Assembly: GCA_965648935.1 (NCBI GenBank)
Contig: CBFGIY010000023.1
Location: forward strand, 1 to 31,093
Origin: a candidate division WOR-3 bacterium
GTDB taxonomy: Bacteria > Hydrothermota > Tepidihabitantia > Tepidihabitantales > Tepidihabitantaceae
Length of the DNA: 31,093 nt
Reading direction: 5' to 3'
The notes beneath the pieces are model-generated. The model was not told the DNA's origin and made no database searches. It was given only the letters and a program-made list of their open reading frames with translations. Made by a program: the position numbers and the translations under genes. How positions within the stretch are numbered: the stretch's first letter is position 1; each line of letters opens with the position of its first letter. Shown here piece by piece: positions 1 through 8,383 of this stretch.

Positions 1-2010
1 GCGGCCCGAGGGCGAGAGCGGCACCTGCGCTATCTCGGTCCAGCCCGGCTGGGGCGGGGTGAGCGTGTCTTCGACCACGACTGTGTCGTAGTCGCAGTCG
101 TTGCCCGGGTTCATATCGCCGGGCAGTTCCGCGCAGTTGGTGATGGCGAACTCGCCGGCCGCGTCGGCGGTCCAGTCCGGGAACGTCACGTACACCCAGG
201 TCCCCGGCAGGTGGCCGGCCACCGGCATCACATTGTTGTAGACCGAGCCGATGACCATCCGCACGTTGTAGGAAGTCGGCGTGGTCGTGCCGTAGTTGTA
301 GACCGAACAGGCCGGGGTGACGACCGTGCCGAGCGGCACCGTGCCGGTCGGCGCGAGCGTCTGCGTGACGCCGGCGTCGATGACCTGCACGTCAACCGAG
401 CCGGTTGCCCTGTCGTTGGCATTGTTGCCGTCGCCTGAGAGCTCGGTCGAGCAGGATACGCCGAAGGTGCCGCGTCCGGCCGCGGTCCAGTCGGCAAAGG
501 TCAGATACGAGGCGCTACCCGCCGGCTGGGCGTTGACATAGACGCTTTCCAGATAGGATGGCTCGATGCGCATCTTCACCCAGTACGAGGCCGGGCCGGT
601 GCCGAAGTTGCGCGTCGAGCACGCCGGCGTCACCACTGCCCCGGAGTCAACCGTGCCCGAGGGAGCGAGAAGATGCGTCACCCCGGCGTCGGCAATTGGC
701 TCGGCCGGCACATAGTGAAAACCCATATCGGGCAGGCCCGCGTCGGGCAGGTCATCGGTGCGCGTGGTCCAGGCGTGCACCAGCGAATCAAGGTCCAGCC
801 CGGTGCCGGCCGGCAGGGCGCCTCCGGCGTCGACGCACGGACTGGTAGTTGGCTGGCCCGCCGCGGTCTGGCTCAGGCGAAAACCGGCAACGAACAGCGG
901 GTCGGTGGTGATATCGCCCGTCCCGGGCGTGCAGTTGTAGAGCGCGTTGTTGTAGTAGTTGTTGTAGGACAGCAGCAGGGTCGTGCCTGTCGTGCTGTTG
1001 TAGATACCCGCGCCGCTCCCTGCGGTGTTGTTGGCGATGATGTTGTTCTGCAGCGTCGCCTTGCTGTTGCTGGTATTGTAGAAGCCGCCGCCCTGAGGGA
1101 AGTTGGTCGAAGACGAGACGTTGCCGGCAATGGTGTTGCCGAGTATGAGCGCATTCCCCGCGGTGCTGTTGCAGTTGTTGTAGATGCCGCCGCCGAAGCC
1201 GTAGCTGTTCGCCTCGCTGCGATTGCCGGTGATGAGATTGCCGAACACGACCGGCACGGCATTGGAGCTTGCCGCGGTCAGGTAGATGCCGCCGCCGTAG
1301 GTGTAGTTGCCCCACGCGCCCGTGCCGCTGGCCTTGCAGACGTTGTCGCTGATGACGTTGCCGTAGATGAGCACGCCGCCTTCGGCCCAGATGCCGCCGC
1401 CCCGCGAGTAGCTGTGGTGCATCACGTGAACCGTATCGTGGTGGATGTAGTTGAAGCAGATTTCCGGCCGCGCCGTGGAGTTGGTGTTGGAAACGTAGAT
1501 GCCGCCGCCGTAGCGATAGCCCGAGGCCGAGTCGCCGCGGTGGACATTGCCGTCGATCTCGTTGCCGATGATGAGCGGGTTGAACCCGGCGTTGCTCCAG
1601 CTCAGGCAGAGCCCGGCGCCCTGGAGCGAGCCGCGGTTGGCGGTGATGCGGTTGTCGGCGACTGTCGGCGCGCCCGCAGTCAGGTAGATGCCGCGCCTGC
1701 CCTTGGTGATGGTGAAGCCGCGGACCTCGGTGGCGCGCGTGACGACGCCGGAAGAGAAGGTGATACAGGCGCCGGCCGAGTCACCGTCTATCGTCGTCGA
1801 GTCGCGGCCGTACTCGCCGAGAAGCTTGATGCCATCGCGTGCCGGCCAGGAGAGATTCTCCTTGTAGTTGCCCGGCGCGACGAGCACGGTGTCGCCGGAA
1901 AGCGCCGCGTTCAGGCCGGCCTGGATGGTCGGCTGCTGGAATGGAACCCTGATGGTCGCCGCCGCGGCCAGTCCGGCCGCAAGCGCGAGGATAGCGACAA
2001 AACGTGACAT
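1..2010 (-). CDS. Large secreted protein (5' part, runs off left edge): signal peptide, right-handed parallel beta-helix, then two Ig-like CARDB-type repeats
   Basis: Not in the ORF track because it has no stop in the window. Manual translation from ATG 2010 (RBS AGGAGG 2015-2020) gives MSRFVAILALAAGLAAAATIRVPFQQPTIQAGLNAALSGDTVLVAPGNY, repeated GGGIY/N-x-I-x-x-N motifs, two DAGVT..LAP.GTV..G.VVTPACS..N.G repeats, and ...AQVPLSPSGR at position 1. Confidence 0.85.
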   Translation of the reverse strand, partial: MSRFVAILALAAGLAAAATIRVPFQQPTIQAGLNAALSGDTVLVAPGNYKENLSWPARDGIKLLGEYGRDSTTIDGDSAGACITFSSGVVTRATEVRGFTITKGRRGIYLTAGAPTVADNRITANRGSLQGAGLCLSWSNAGFNPLIIGNEIDGNVHRGDSASGYRYGGGIYVSNTNSTARPEICFNYIHHDTVHVMHHSYSRGGGIWAEGGVLIYGNVISDNVCKASGTGAWGNYTYGGGIYLTAASSNAVPVVFGNLITGNRSEANSYGFGGGIYNNCNSTAGNALILGNTIAGNVSSSTNFPQGGGFYNTSNSKATLQNNIIANNTAGSGAGIYNSTTGTTLLLSYNNYYNNALYNCTPGTGDITTDPLFVAGFRLSQTAAGQPTTSPCVDAGGALPAGTGLDLDSLVHAWTTRTDDLPDAGLPDMGFHYVPAEPIADAGVTHLLAPSGTVDSGAVVTPACSTRNFGTGPASYWVKMRIEPSYLESVYVNAQPAGSASYLTFADWTAAGRGTFGVSCSTELSGDGNNANDRATGSVDVQVIDAGVTQTLAPTGTVPLGTVVTPACSVYNYGTTTPTSYNVRMVIGSVYNNVMPVAGHLPGTWVYVTFPDWTADAAGEFAITNCAELPGDMNPGNDCDYDTVVVEDTLTPPQPGWTEIAQVPLSPSGR

Positions 2011-2054
2011 CTGGCCTCCTCTCGTCGGACAAGAACCGGCGGGCCCGGTACCCG

Positions 2055-2579
2055 CTAGCGCATCTTAGACCGACGCTTCGGCCTGTCAACCGATTTCGGC
2101 CGGTTGGCCGCAAACCAGCGCTCCCAGTCCGCGACCTCGGCCGCGCTCAGGGTCTGGTCGCTGGCGCGCACGGGCCGGGCGGGACGTGGCGGCGGGAAGA
2201 GCTCGCGCGCGAGCTCCTCTGAACGCATCAGCTTCGCGCCGTAGTCGGCGACATGGCGGCGGATGGAGTTGTCCGATGTGACCACGGTCCACGACTTCGG
2301 ACTGCGCTCCCGCTCGAGCATCTGCTTGATGCAGGTGTCGGCATCGGTGCGCGCGAACACGACGCGCACGCCCGACCGGCTGTCGCCGCGGGTCCCGGCG
2401 ATGCCGCGCCGGCCGTCGAACACGACCGTTACCGCGGCGCGCCGGCCCGCCGCGAAACCGGCGAGGAGGCCGACCAGCCGATCTCGCGCCAGCTCGAGGT
2501 CTCTCTCGACCAGCGCCTTGAGCTCGGGGATCTTGTGAATGAGATTGTAGCCGTCGACTGCGAAACGCTGGCCCGGCAC
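2055..2579 (-). CDS. NYN-domain (YacP/Rae1-like, PIN-fold) putative ribonuclease
   Basis: Motifs VDGYN, VVFDG, ADT.I and VVTSD. The likely start is GTG 2579, just after the upstream stop at 2588; the track's longer ORF overlaps the transporter. Confidence 0.8.
   Translation of the reverse strand: MPGQRFAVDGYNLIHKIPELKALVERDLELARDRLVGLLAGFAAGRRAAVTVVFDGRRGIAGTRGDSRSGVRVVFARTDADTCIKQMLERERSPKSWTVVTSDNSIRRHVADYGAKLMRSEELARELFPPPRPARPVRASDQTLSAAEVADWERWFAANRPKSVDRPKRRSKMR
2062..2089 (-). promoter_or_regulatory. Sigma70-type promoter for the secreted protein gene, inside the 3' end of the NYN gene
   Basis: TTGACA-N16-TAAGAT on the minus strand. Confidence 0.6.
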
Positions 2580-2587
2580 CGCCAGAC

Positions 2588-4558
2588 TCAGGGCGCGAGC
2601 CCGACCTGCAGGAGCAGCGCCGCCGTCGCGATTGCCAGCGCCACGCCCGTGACGATCGCGCCATACGCGAGCCACTGCCCGAATTTCACGGATTTGCCCG
2701 CGGCCTTCTCATAGACCCCGACCGCGACGAGGTTGGCGGTCGAGCCGATCGCGGTCAGGTTGCCCCCGAAGCAGCCGCCGAACAGAAGCGCCCACCACAG
2801 GATCGAAGTGTGCGGCAGGCCGGCGCGGGCCAGGTCCTTGACCACCGGGACCAGCGCCGCGACGATGGGCAGATTGTCGACAAAGCCCGAGGTGATGCCG
2901 CTGAACCACAGCATCAGCACCGCGGTCACGCTCGTCACACCTGTGGGCGTGGCCCCGGGCCCGGCCAGCGACTGCGACAGGTTGTGCATCACGTAGCCGA
3001 GCTTGGCCGTGACCCCTGTGTACTCGAGGCAGGCCGCGTTGGCGAACAGGAACATGAAGAACAGCAGGGTCCACCAGTCGATACCGCGCTCGATGAGCAG
3101 CCGGCCCCGCTCCTGTTCGAAGATGACGATGAACCCGACGACCAGCAGGGCGACCGCGACGAGCACCATTCCCTCGCTCAGGCCGAGCAACACCTCCAGC
3201 CGGCGATGCAGCGCGATGAGCCCGACGGTGATGATGAAGGTGATGACGCCGGTGCGCAGCCGCGCGTAGTCAATGTTCTCGGCCGAACGCTCCAGGTCGC
3301 GCAGGTCGAGGTTGTAGCGCTTGCCGAAGAACTGCCTGCGGTAGAGCAGCAGGCAGATGCCGGCCGTGACGACCGCCGCGGCCGCCGAGACCGGCGTGGC
3401 CCAGCGCAGGAAATCCTCGAAGCTCAGCCCGCCGGCAAAAGCGATGTACACGCCGATCGGGTTGCCGACCAGCGTGATCGCGCTGCCGACATTGGTCGCG
3501 AACACCAGGCACAGCAGGTACGGCACCAGCGGGGTCCGGGTCCGGCGCGACACCTCCAGTGCCAGCCCGAACGTCACCAGTATCGCCGACACCTCGTCGG
3601 CGAACCCGCCCATCAGCACCGAGAAACCCATCAGCACCAGCAGCAGCAGCCACGGAATGCCGCGCACCTGCTGGATCGCCTTGGTCACGAGGTAGCGGAA
3701 CACGCCGATGTTCTCCAGCCATCGGACAATGACCATCATCGACATTATGAACAGGATCGTCGGGATGGACATGAACTTGACCGTGGTCTCAAGGTCCATC
3801 ACCCCGGCAAAGAGCAAGACGCCCAGCGCCGCAGCAGCAATCGCCACGCGGTAGCGCCAGAACAGAAGCGTCCCCAGCACCATCGACAGGAACAGCGTTA
3901 CGGTCAGCTCCTGCCGGAACAGCCAGACCGGCTCCGAGAGCCGCGCGTACTCCTCGCCGGCGTACGCGCCGGTCGGCGGCAGCACGACCCGCGACAGGAA
4001 GGTCGCTGCCAGCGCGTAGATGGCCAGCACTGCTCCGACGAACACGATGATCCGCGTGTTGCGGGCCAGGAAGCCTGCCCGCCGCGGCCGCAGCACGGCC
4101 CGGACAGCGGCCTGCCCGCCGCGCGCGGCCAGCGCAGCCTTGAGAGTTCCGGGCCGGTTCAGCGCGCGCGCCAGTTCGGCAAGCAGCGCGAGGTAGCGGC
4201 GGCGCTCTGCGGCCGGGGCGACGATGACCGCGGCCAGCCGCACCGGCTCCTCGCCCGACCCGCCCCAGTGCAGCCCCCGGCCCAGCCGGACCAGGACAAC
4301 CGCCGGCTTCGCGATACCCTCGATGAGCGCGTGGGGCAGCGCCAGCCCGTGACCGACCCCGGTCGACCCCTGCGCCTCGCGCTCAAGCAGCGCCTTCACC
4401 ATCGGTTCGGGATCGGCGATTGCCCCGGACCGAACCAGCCGCTCGGCCGCAACGCGGAACACCGGCTCCGGGCCGGAAGCATCGTCGAGGTCGATGACGA
4501 ACTCCGGCTGCAGCGCGGATTCGAGTTGCCGGCCTTCCGGTTCGTTGGGTTCTGACAA
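2588..4558 (-). CDS. PTS EIIA(Ntr/Fru-type) domain fused to an ArsB/NhaD/SLC13-like ion-transporter-superfamily permease (copy B)
   Basis: N-terminal LEREAQGSTGVGHGLALPHA (EIIA phospho-His motif). About 13 hydrophobic segments with ATNVGSAITLVGNP, IDWWTLLFF, SGFVDNLP and GGNLTAIGSTAN. TTG start. Confidence 0.85.
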   Translation of the reverse strand: MSEPNEPEGRQLESALQPEFVIDLDDASGPEPVFRVAAERLVRSGAIADPEPMVKALLEREAQGSTGVGHGLALPHALIEGIAKPAVVLVRLGRGLHWGGSGEEPVRLAAVIVAPAAERRRYLALLAELARALNRPGTLKAALAARGGQAAVRAVLRPRRAGFLARNTRIIVFVGAVLAIYALAATFLSRVVLPPTGAYAGEEYARLSEPVWLFRQELTVTLFLSMVLGTLLFWRYRVAIAAAALGVLLFAGVMDLETTVKFMSIPTILFIMSMMVIVRWLENIGVFRYLVTKAIQQVRGIPWLLLLVLMGFSVLMGGFADEVSAILVTFGLALEVSRRTRTPLVPYLLCLVFATNVGSAITLVGNPIGVYIAFAGGLSFEDFLRWATPVSAAAAVVTAGICLLLYRRQFFGKRYNLDLRDLERSAENIDYARLRTGVITFIITVGLIALHRRLEVLLGLSEGMVLVAVALLVVGFIVIFEQERGRLLIERGIDWWTLLFFMFLFANAACLEYTGVTAKLGYVMHNLSQSLAGPGATPTGVTSVTAVLMLWFSGITSGFVDNLPIVAALVPVVKDLARAGLPHTSILWWALLFGGCFGGNLTAIGSTANLVAVGVYEKAAGKSVKFGQWLAYGAIVTGVALAIATAALLLQVGLAP

Positions 4559-6800
4559 GGTCTAGGCCTGATTCACGATGATTATCGGGCAGGGCAGCGA
4601 CGCGAGAAACTCGTCGGGCAGCCGGAACCCCGACCCGGCCAGGCTCGCCGTGCTGAGCACGATCAGGTCGGAGTTGGTGTTGTGGGCGAGCGTCTGGATG
4701 TCGTCGATGCCGCCCTCCCGCGCCATCACCGACGAGCGGATGCCGGCCGCCTTGAACTCCTCTTCCAGGCTGTAGAGGCCGTGCCAGCACTTGCGCTCGC
4801 GGTCCTCGCGCACGACGCGCTCGCGCGTCCGCCCCTCGGTCCGGCCGACGCCTTCGCAGCCGATGGCGAAGAGCGCGCTCAAGAGCACGTCGCCGTCGAC
4901 CGTCCGGGCAAGGTCCATCACGAGGTGCTTCTCTTCCTGGCTGTCGCTGACAATGTACAGTATCTTTTTGAACATCCTCTTCCGCTCCGTCTAATGGGCC
5001 ACTCTCACCTGCAGCAGCAGCGCCGCCGTGGCCACCAGAAGCGACACCGCCGTGACAATCGCGCCGTACGCGAGCCACTGCCCGAATCGTATCGACCGCC
5101 CGGACCCCTTCTCGTACATGCCGACCGCGACGTGGCTGGCGATCGAGCCGACCGCGGTCAGGTTGCCCCCGAAGCAGCCGCCGAACAGAAGCGCCCACCA
5201 GAGTATCGAAGCGTGGGGCAGGCCGGCGCGGGCCAGGTCCTTGACCACAGGGACCAGCGCCGCGACGATGGGCAGGTTGTCGACAAAGCCCGAGGCGATC
5301 CCGCTGAACCACAGCATCAGCACCGCGGTCACGCTCGTCACGCCGGCGGGCGAAGCCGCGGGCCCGGCCAGCGACTGCGACAGGTTGAACAGGAAGTAGC
5401 TGAGCTTGGCCGTGACTCCGGTGTACTCAAGACAGGCCGCCTTGCCGAAAAGGAACATGAAGAACAGCAGGGTCCACCAGTCGATGCCGCGCTCGATCAG
5501 CAGCCGGCCCTTCTCCTGCTCGGTGAATACAATGAAGCCGACCGCCAGCAGCGCCACGGCCACCAGCGCCGTGCCCTCGTGCAGGTGCAGCAGCACCTCG
5601 AGCCGGTGGTGCAGCGCAACGAGCACCACGGTCACGACGAAGGTGATGATGCCGACACGCAGGCGGGCCGGGTCGACGCCCTCAACCGAGCGCTCGATGC
5701 TGCGCAGGTCAAGTTCGTAGCGCCGGCCGAAGAACTGCCTGCGGTAGAGCAGCAGGCAGATGCCGGCCGTGACGACCGCCGCGGCCGCCGAGACCGGCGT
5801 GGCCCAGCGCAGGAAATCCTCAAAGCTCAGCCCGCCGGCAAAAGCGATGTACACGCCGATCGGGTTGCCGAACAGCGTGATCGCGCTGCCGACATTGGTC
5901 GCAAACACCAGACACAGCAGGTACGGCACCAGCGGGGTCTTGGTCTGCCGCGACACCTCCAGGGCCAGCCCGAACGTCACCAGTATCGCCGACACCTCGT
6001 CGGCGAACCCGCCCATCAGCACCGAGAAACCCATCAGCACCAGCAGCAGCAGCCACGGAATGCCGCGCACCTGCTGGATCGCCCGGGTCACGAGGAAGCG
6101 AAACATCCCGATGTTCTCCAGCCACTTGACGACTACCATCATCGACATGATGAACAGGATTGTCGGGATGGACATGAACCGGACCGTGGTCTCGAGATCC
6201 ATCACCCCGGCCACCAGCAGCACTCCGAGGCTGGCCGCGGCGATCGCCACCCGGTAACGCCAGAAGAGCAGGGTCCCCAGCACCATCGACAAAAACAGCG
6301 TCACGGTCAGCTCCTGCCGGAACAGCCAGACCGGCTCCGAGAACCGCGCGTACTCCGCGCCGGCGTACGCGCCGGTGGTCGGCAGCACGACGCGGGACAG
6401 GAAGGTCGACGCCAGCGCGTAGACGAAGAAGACGGCCGCGCAGAAGACCATCAGCCGCGCATTGCGCTCGATCACCCCGGCGTAGCGCGGGTTGACGATG
6501 GCGCGGGCGATCGCCGCCGGTCCGCGGGCGCCGAGCGCGGCCTTCTGCACGTCGGGCTGGTTCAGCGCGCGCGCCAGCTCGGCAAGCAGCTCGAGGTAGC
6601 GGTCGCGTTGCCCGCGCGGCGCGACGATGACGACCACCAGCCGCACCGGTTCGTCGTGCAGACCGCCCCAGTCAAGGCCCTTGCCCAGCCGGACCACGGC
6701 CACGGTCGGCTCGGTGACGCCGTCGATGAGCGCGTGGGGCAGTGCCAGACCGTGCCCGACCCCGGTCGAACCCTGCGCCTCGCGCCGCTCGAACTCCTCG
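2590..6800. repeat. Tandem gene duplication (offset about 2403 nt) with near-identical tracts
   Basis: 3562-3680 matches 5965-6083 exactly by eye, and 3326-3536 vs 5729-5939 differs at only a few positions. The EIIA regions are much more diverged. Confidence 0.85.
4562..4975 (-). CDS. Universal stress protein (USP) fold protein
   Basis: 137 aa, starts MFKKILY, contains DLIVL and ends PCPIIIV, typical of USP. RBS GAGG upstream. The canonical G-x2-G-x9-G(S/T) ATP motif looks degenerate. Confidence 0.75.
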   Translation of the reverse strand: MFKKILYIVSDSQEEKHLVMDLARTVDGDVLLSALFAIGCEGVGRTEGRTRERVVREDRERKCWHGLYSLEEEFKAAGIRSSVMAREGGIDDIQTLAHNTNSDLIVLSTASLAGSGFRLPDEFLASLPCPIIIVNQA

Positions 6801-6934
6801 ACCAGCGCCGCGGCATCGGCGACTGCCCGGCGTCCGGCCAGCTTGCCGGCGACAAACTCAAACACCTGCCGCCGCGTCGCCGCCGCGGCCAGTTCGAATG
6901 TGTTCTCCGGCTTGACGTGGTCGGCGAGTTTCAA
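4991..6934 (-). CDS. PTS EIIA domain fused to an ArsB/NhaD/SLC13-like permease (copy A)
   Basis: Paralog of 2588-4558 with the same STGVGHGLALPHA motif and transporter motifs. The TTG start overlaps the selA stop (TTGA). Confidence 0.85.
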   Translation of the reverse strand: MKLADHVKPENTFELAAAATRRQVFEFVAGKLAGRRAVADAAALVEEFERREAQGSTGVGHGLALPHALIDGVTEPTVAVVRLGKGLDWGGLHDEPVRLVVVIVAPRGQRDRYLELLAELARALNQPDVQKAALGARGPAAIARAIVNPRYAGVIERNARLMVFCAAVFFVYALASTFLSRVVLPTTGAYAGAEYARFSEPVWLFRQELTVTLFLSMVLGTLLFWRYRVAIAAASLGVLLVAGVMDLETTVRFMSIPTILFIMSMMVVVKWLENIGMFRFLVTRAIQQVRGIPWLLLLVLMGFSVLMGGFADEVSAILVTFGLALEVSRQTKTPLVPYLLCLVFATNVGSAITLFGNPIGVYIAFAGGLSFEDFLRWATPVSAAAAVVTAGICLLLYRRQFFGRRYELDLRSIERSVEGVDPARLRVGIITFVVTVVLVALHHRLEVLLHLHEGTALVAVALLAVGFIVFTEQEKGRLLIERGIDWWTLLFFMFLFGKAACLEYTGVTAKLSYFLFNLSQSLAGPAASPAGVTSVTAVLMLWFSGIASGFVDNLPIVAALVPVVKDLARAGLPHASILWWALLFGGCFGGNLTAVGSIASHVAVGMYEKGSGRSIRFGQWLAYGAIVTAVSLLVATAALLLQVRVAH

Positions 6935-8358
6935 TGCGGCTCCGCGCCCAGCGCCGCCTCGAGCGCGGCGGCCACTATGCGCACCTCGTCGGAACGCAGG
7001 GTTCGGAAGTCGAGCAGGTACTCGTCGTGCTCGATCCGGCCGAACACCGGCGGCCGGTGGCGGCGCATCCGCGCGGCCAGCTCGGCGACGCTGATGTGCT
7101 TCGGCCGCACCGCCACGACCAGCGACTCGATGCTCTCGGTCGCGAGCGACCCGCCGCCGATTTCCGACCGGGCGGCGCGGATCTCGAACCCGGCCGCGCC
7201 CGCCAGCCTCGTCCTGACGCGGCGCACCAGCGACCGGGCCTCCTTGCGCATCGCCTCGGTCGTCTTGAGCATTATCCGGAACAGCGCGTGCTCGCGCACC
7301 GCCCGCTCCTCGTCGAGGAACAGCATCAGGGTCCGCTCCAGCACCGCGTAGGTCAGCTTGCCGCAGCGCAGGGCCCGGGTCAGCGGGTGTTTCTTCATCG
7401 CGTCGATGTACTTCTTGCGGCCGACGATGATGCCGGCCTGGGTCGCGCCGATGAGCTTGTCGCCGGAGAAACAGACGACGTCGGCCCCGGCCGCGATCGA
7501 CTCCTGCACCAGCGGCTCGCGCGGCAGGCCGTACTTCGCCAGGTCAACCAGCGCGCCCGAACCGAGGTCGTCGACCACCGGCAGCTTGAACTCCTGACCG
7601 AGCGCGACAAGTTCCTCCAGCCGGACTTCCTTGGTGAACCCGGCGATGCGGTAGTTCGAGGTGTGCACGCGCAGCAGCAGCGCCGTGTCCGCGGTGATCG
7701 CGCCGCGGTAGTCGCGCAGGTGGGTGCGGTTGGTGGTGCCGACCTCGACCATCCGGCAGCCGCTCTGCAGCATCACGTCGGGAATGCGGAAACTGCCGCC
7801 GATTTCGATGAGCTGGCCGCGCGAGACGATGACCTCGCGGCCCCGGGCCAGCGCCGAGAGAATCAGCATCGTCGCGGCGCAGTTGTTGTTGACGACCATC
7901 GCCGCCTCGGCGCCGGTCAGCTCGCACAGCAGCGGCTCGATGTGGCTGTAGCGGCTGCCGCGCCGGCCGGTTTCGCGGTCGATTTCCAGGCTGCAGAAGT
8001 TCGCCCCGACATCGGCCAGCGCCGCGCGCGCCGCGTCCGAGAGCGGCACCCGCCCCAGCCCGGTGTGCAGCACCACTCCCAGGCCGTTGATTGCCCGGGT
8101 CAGGGTCGGCCGCGCCTCGCCCTCCAGCGCCCGCGCCAGCTCGTCGATGTCGAATCCGGCCCCGCCGTTCTCCAGCCGCGCGCGCACTGCGTCAAGGTGG
8201 CGCCGCATCGCCCGCACTGCCATCCGCCGGTGCACCCGCCCGAGCACCCCGGCCAGCCGCTCGTCGGACAACAGCCGGTCGACCGAGGGCAGCTCGCGGA
8301 GCTTCGCCTGCCGGTCGCTCGGGGGTGCCGGCGCCCGGGCATCCGTGCCGTTGTTCAT
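6931..8358 (-). CDS. selA: L-seryl-tRNA(Sec) selenium transferase
   Basis: LRELPSVD, AINGLGVVLHTGLGR, VVNNN, VSRGQLIEIGGSFRIPDVM, EVGTTNRTH, VHTSNY, DDLGSG, and FSGDKLIG (PLP lysine). Confidence 0.95.
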   Translation of the reverse strand: MNNGTDARAPAPPSDRQAKLRELPSVDRLLSDERLAGVLGRVHRRMAVRAMRRHLDAVRARLENGGAGFDIDELARALEGEARPTLTRAINGLGVVLHTGLGRVPLSDAARAALADVGANFCSLEIDRETGRRGSRYSHIEPLLCELTGAEAAMVVNNNCAATMLILSALARGREVIVSRGQLIEIGGSFRIPDVMLQSGCRMVEVGTTNRTHLRDYRGAITADTALLLRVHTSNYRIAGFTKEVRLEELVALGQEFKLPVVDDLGSGALVDLAKYGLPREPLVQESIAAGADVVCFSGDKLIGATQAGIIVGRKKYIDAMKKHPLTRALRCGKLTYAVLERTLMLFLDEERAVREHALFRIMLKTTEAMRKEARSLVRRVRTRLAGAAGFEIRAARSEIGGGSLATESIESLVVAVRPKHISVAELAARMRRHRPPVFGRIEHDEYLLDFRTLRSDEVRIVAAALEAALGAEPH

Positions 8359-8383
8359 GTCTCCCTGCCCCTCGGTTCGGGCA

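Noticed and set aside
2588..6934. Calling the transporters ArsB arsenite pumps belonging to the ars cluster
   Set aside because: The resemblance is only at superfamily level. They are about 17 kb away in a housekeeping operon, so substrate cannot be assigned.
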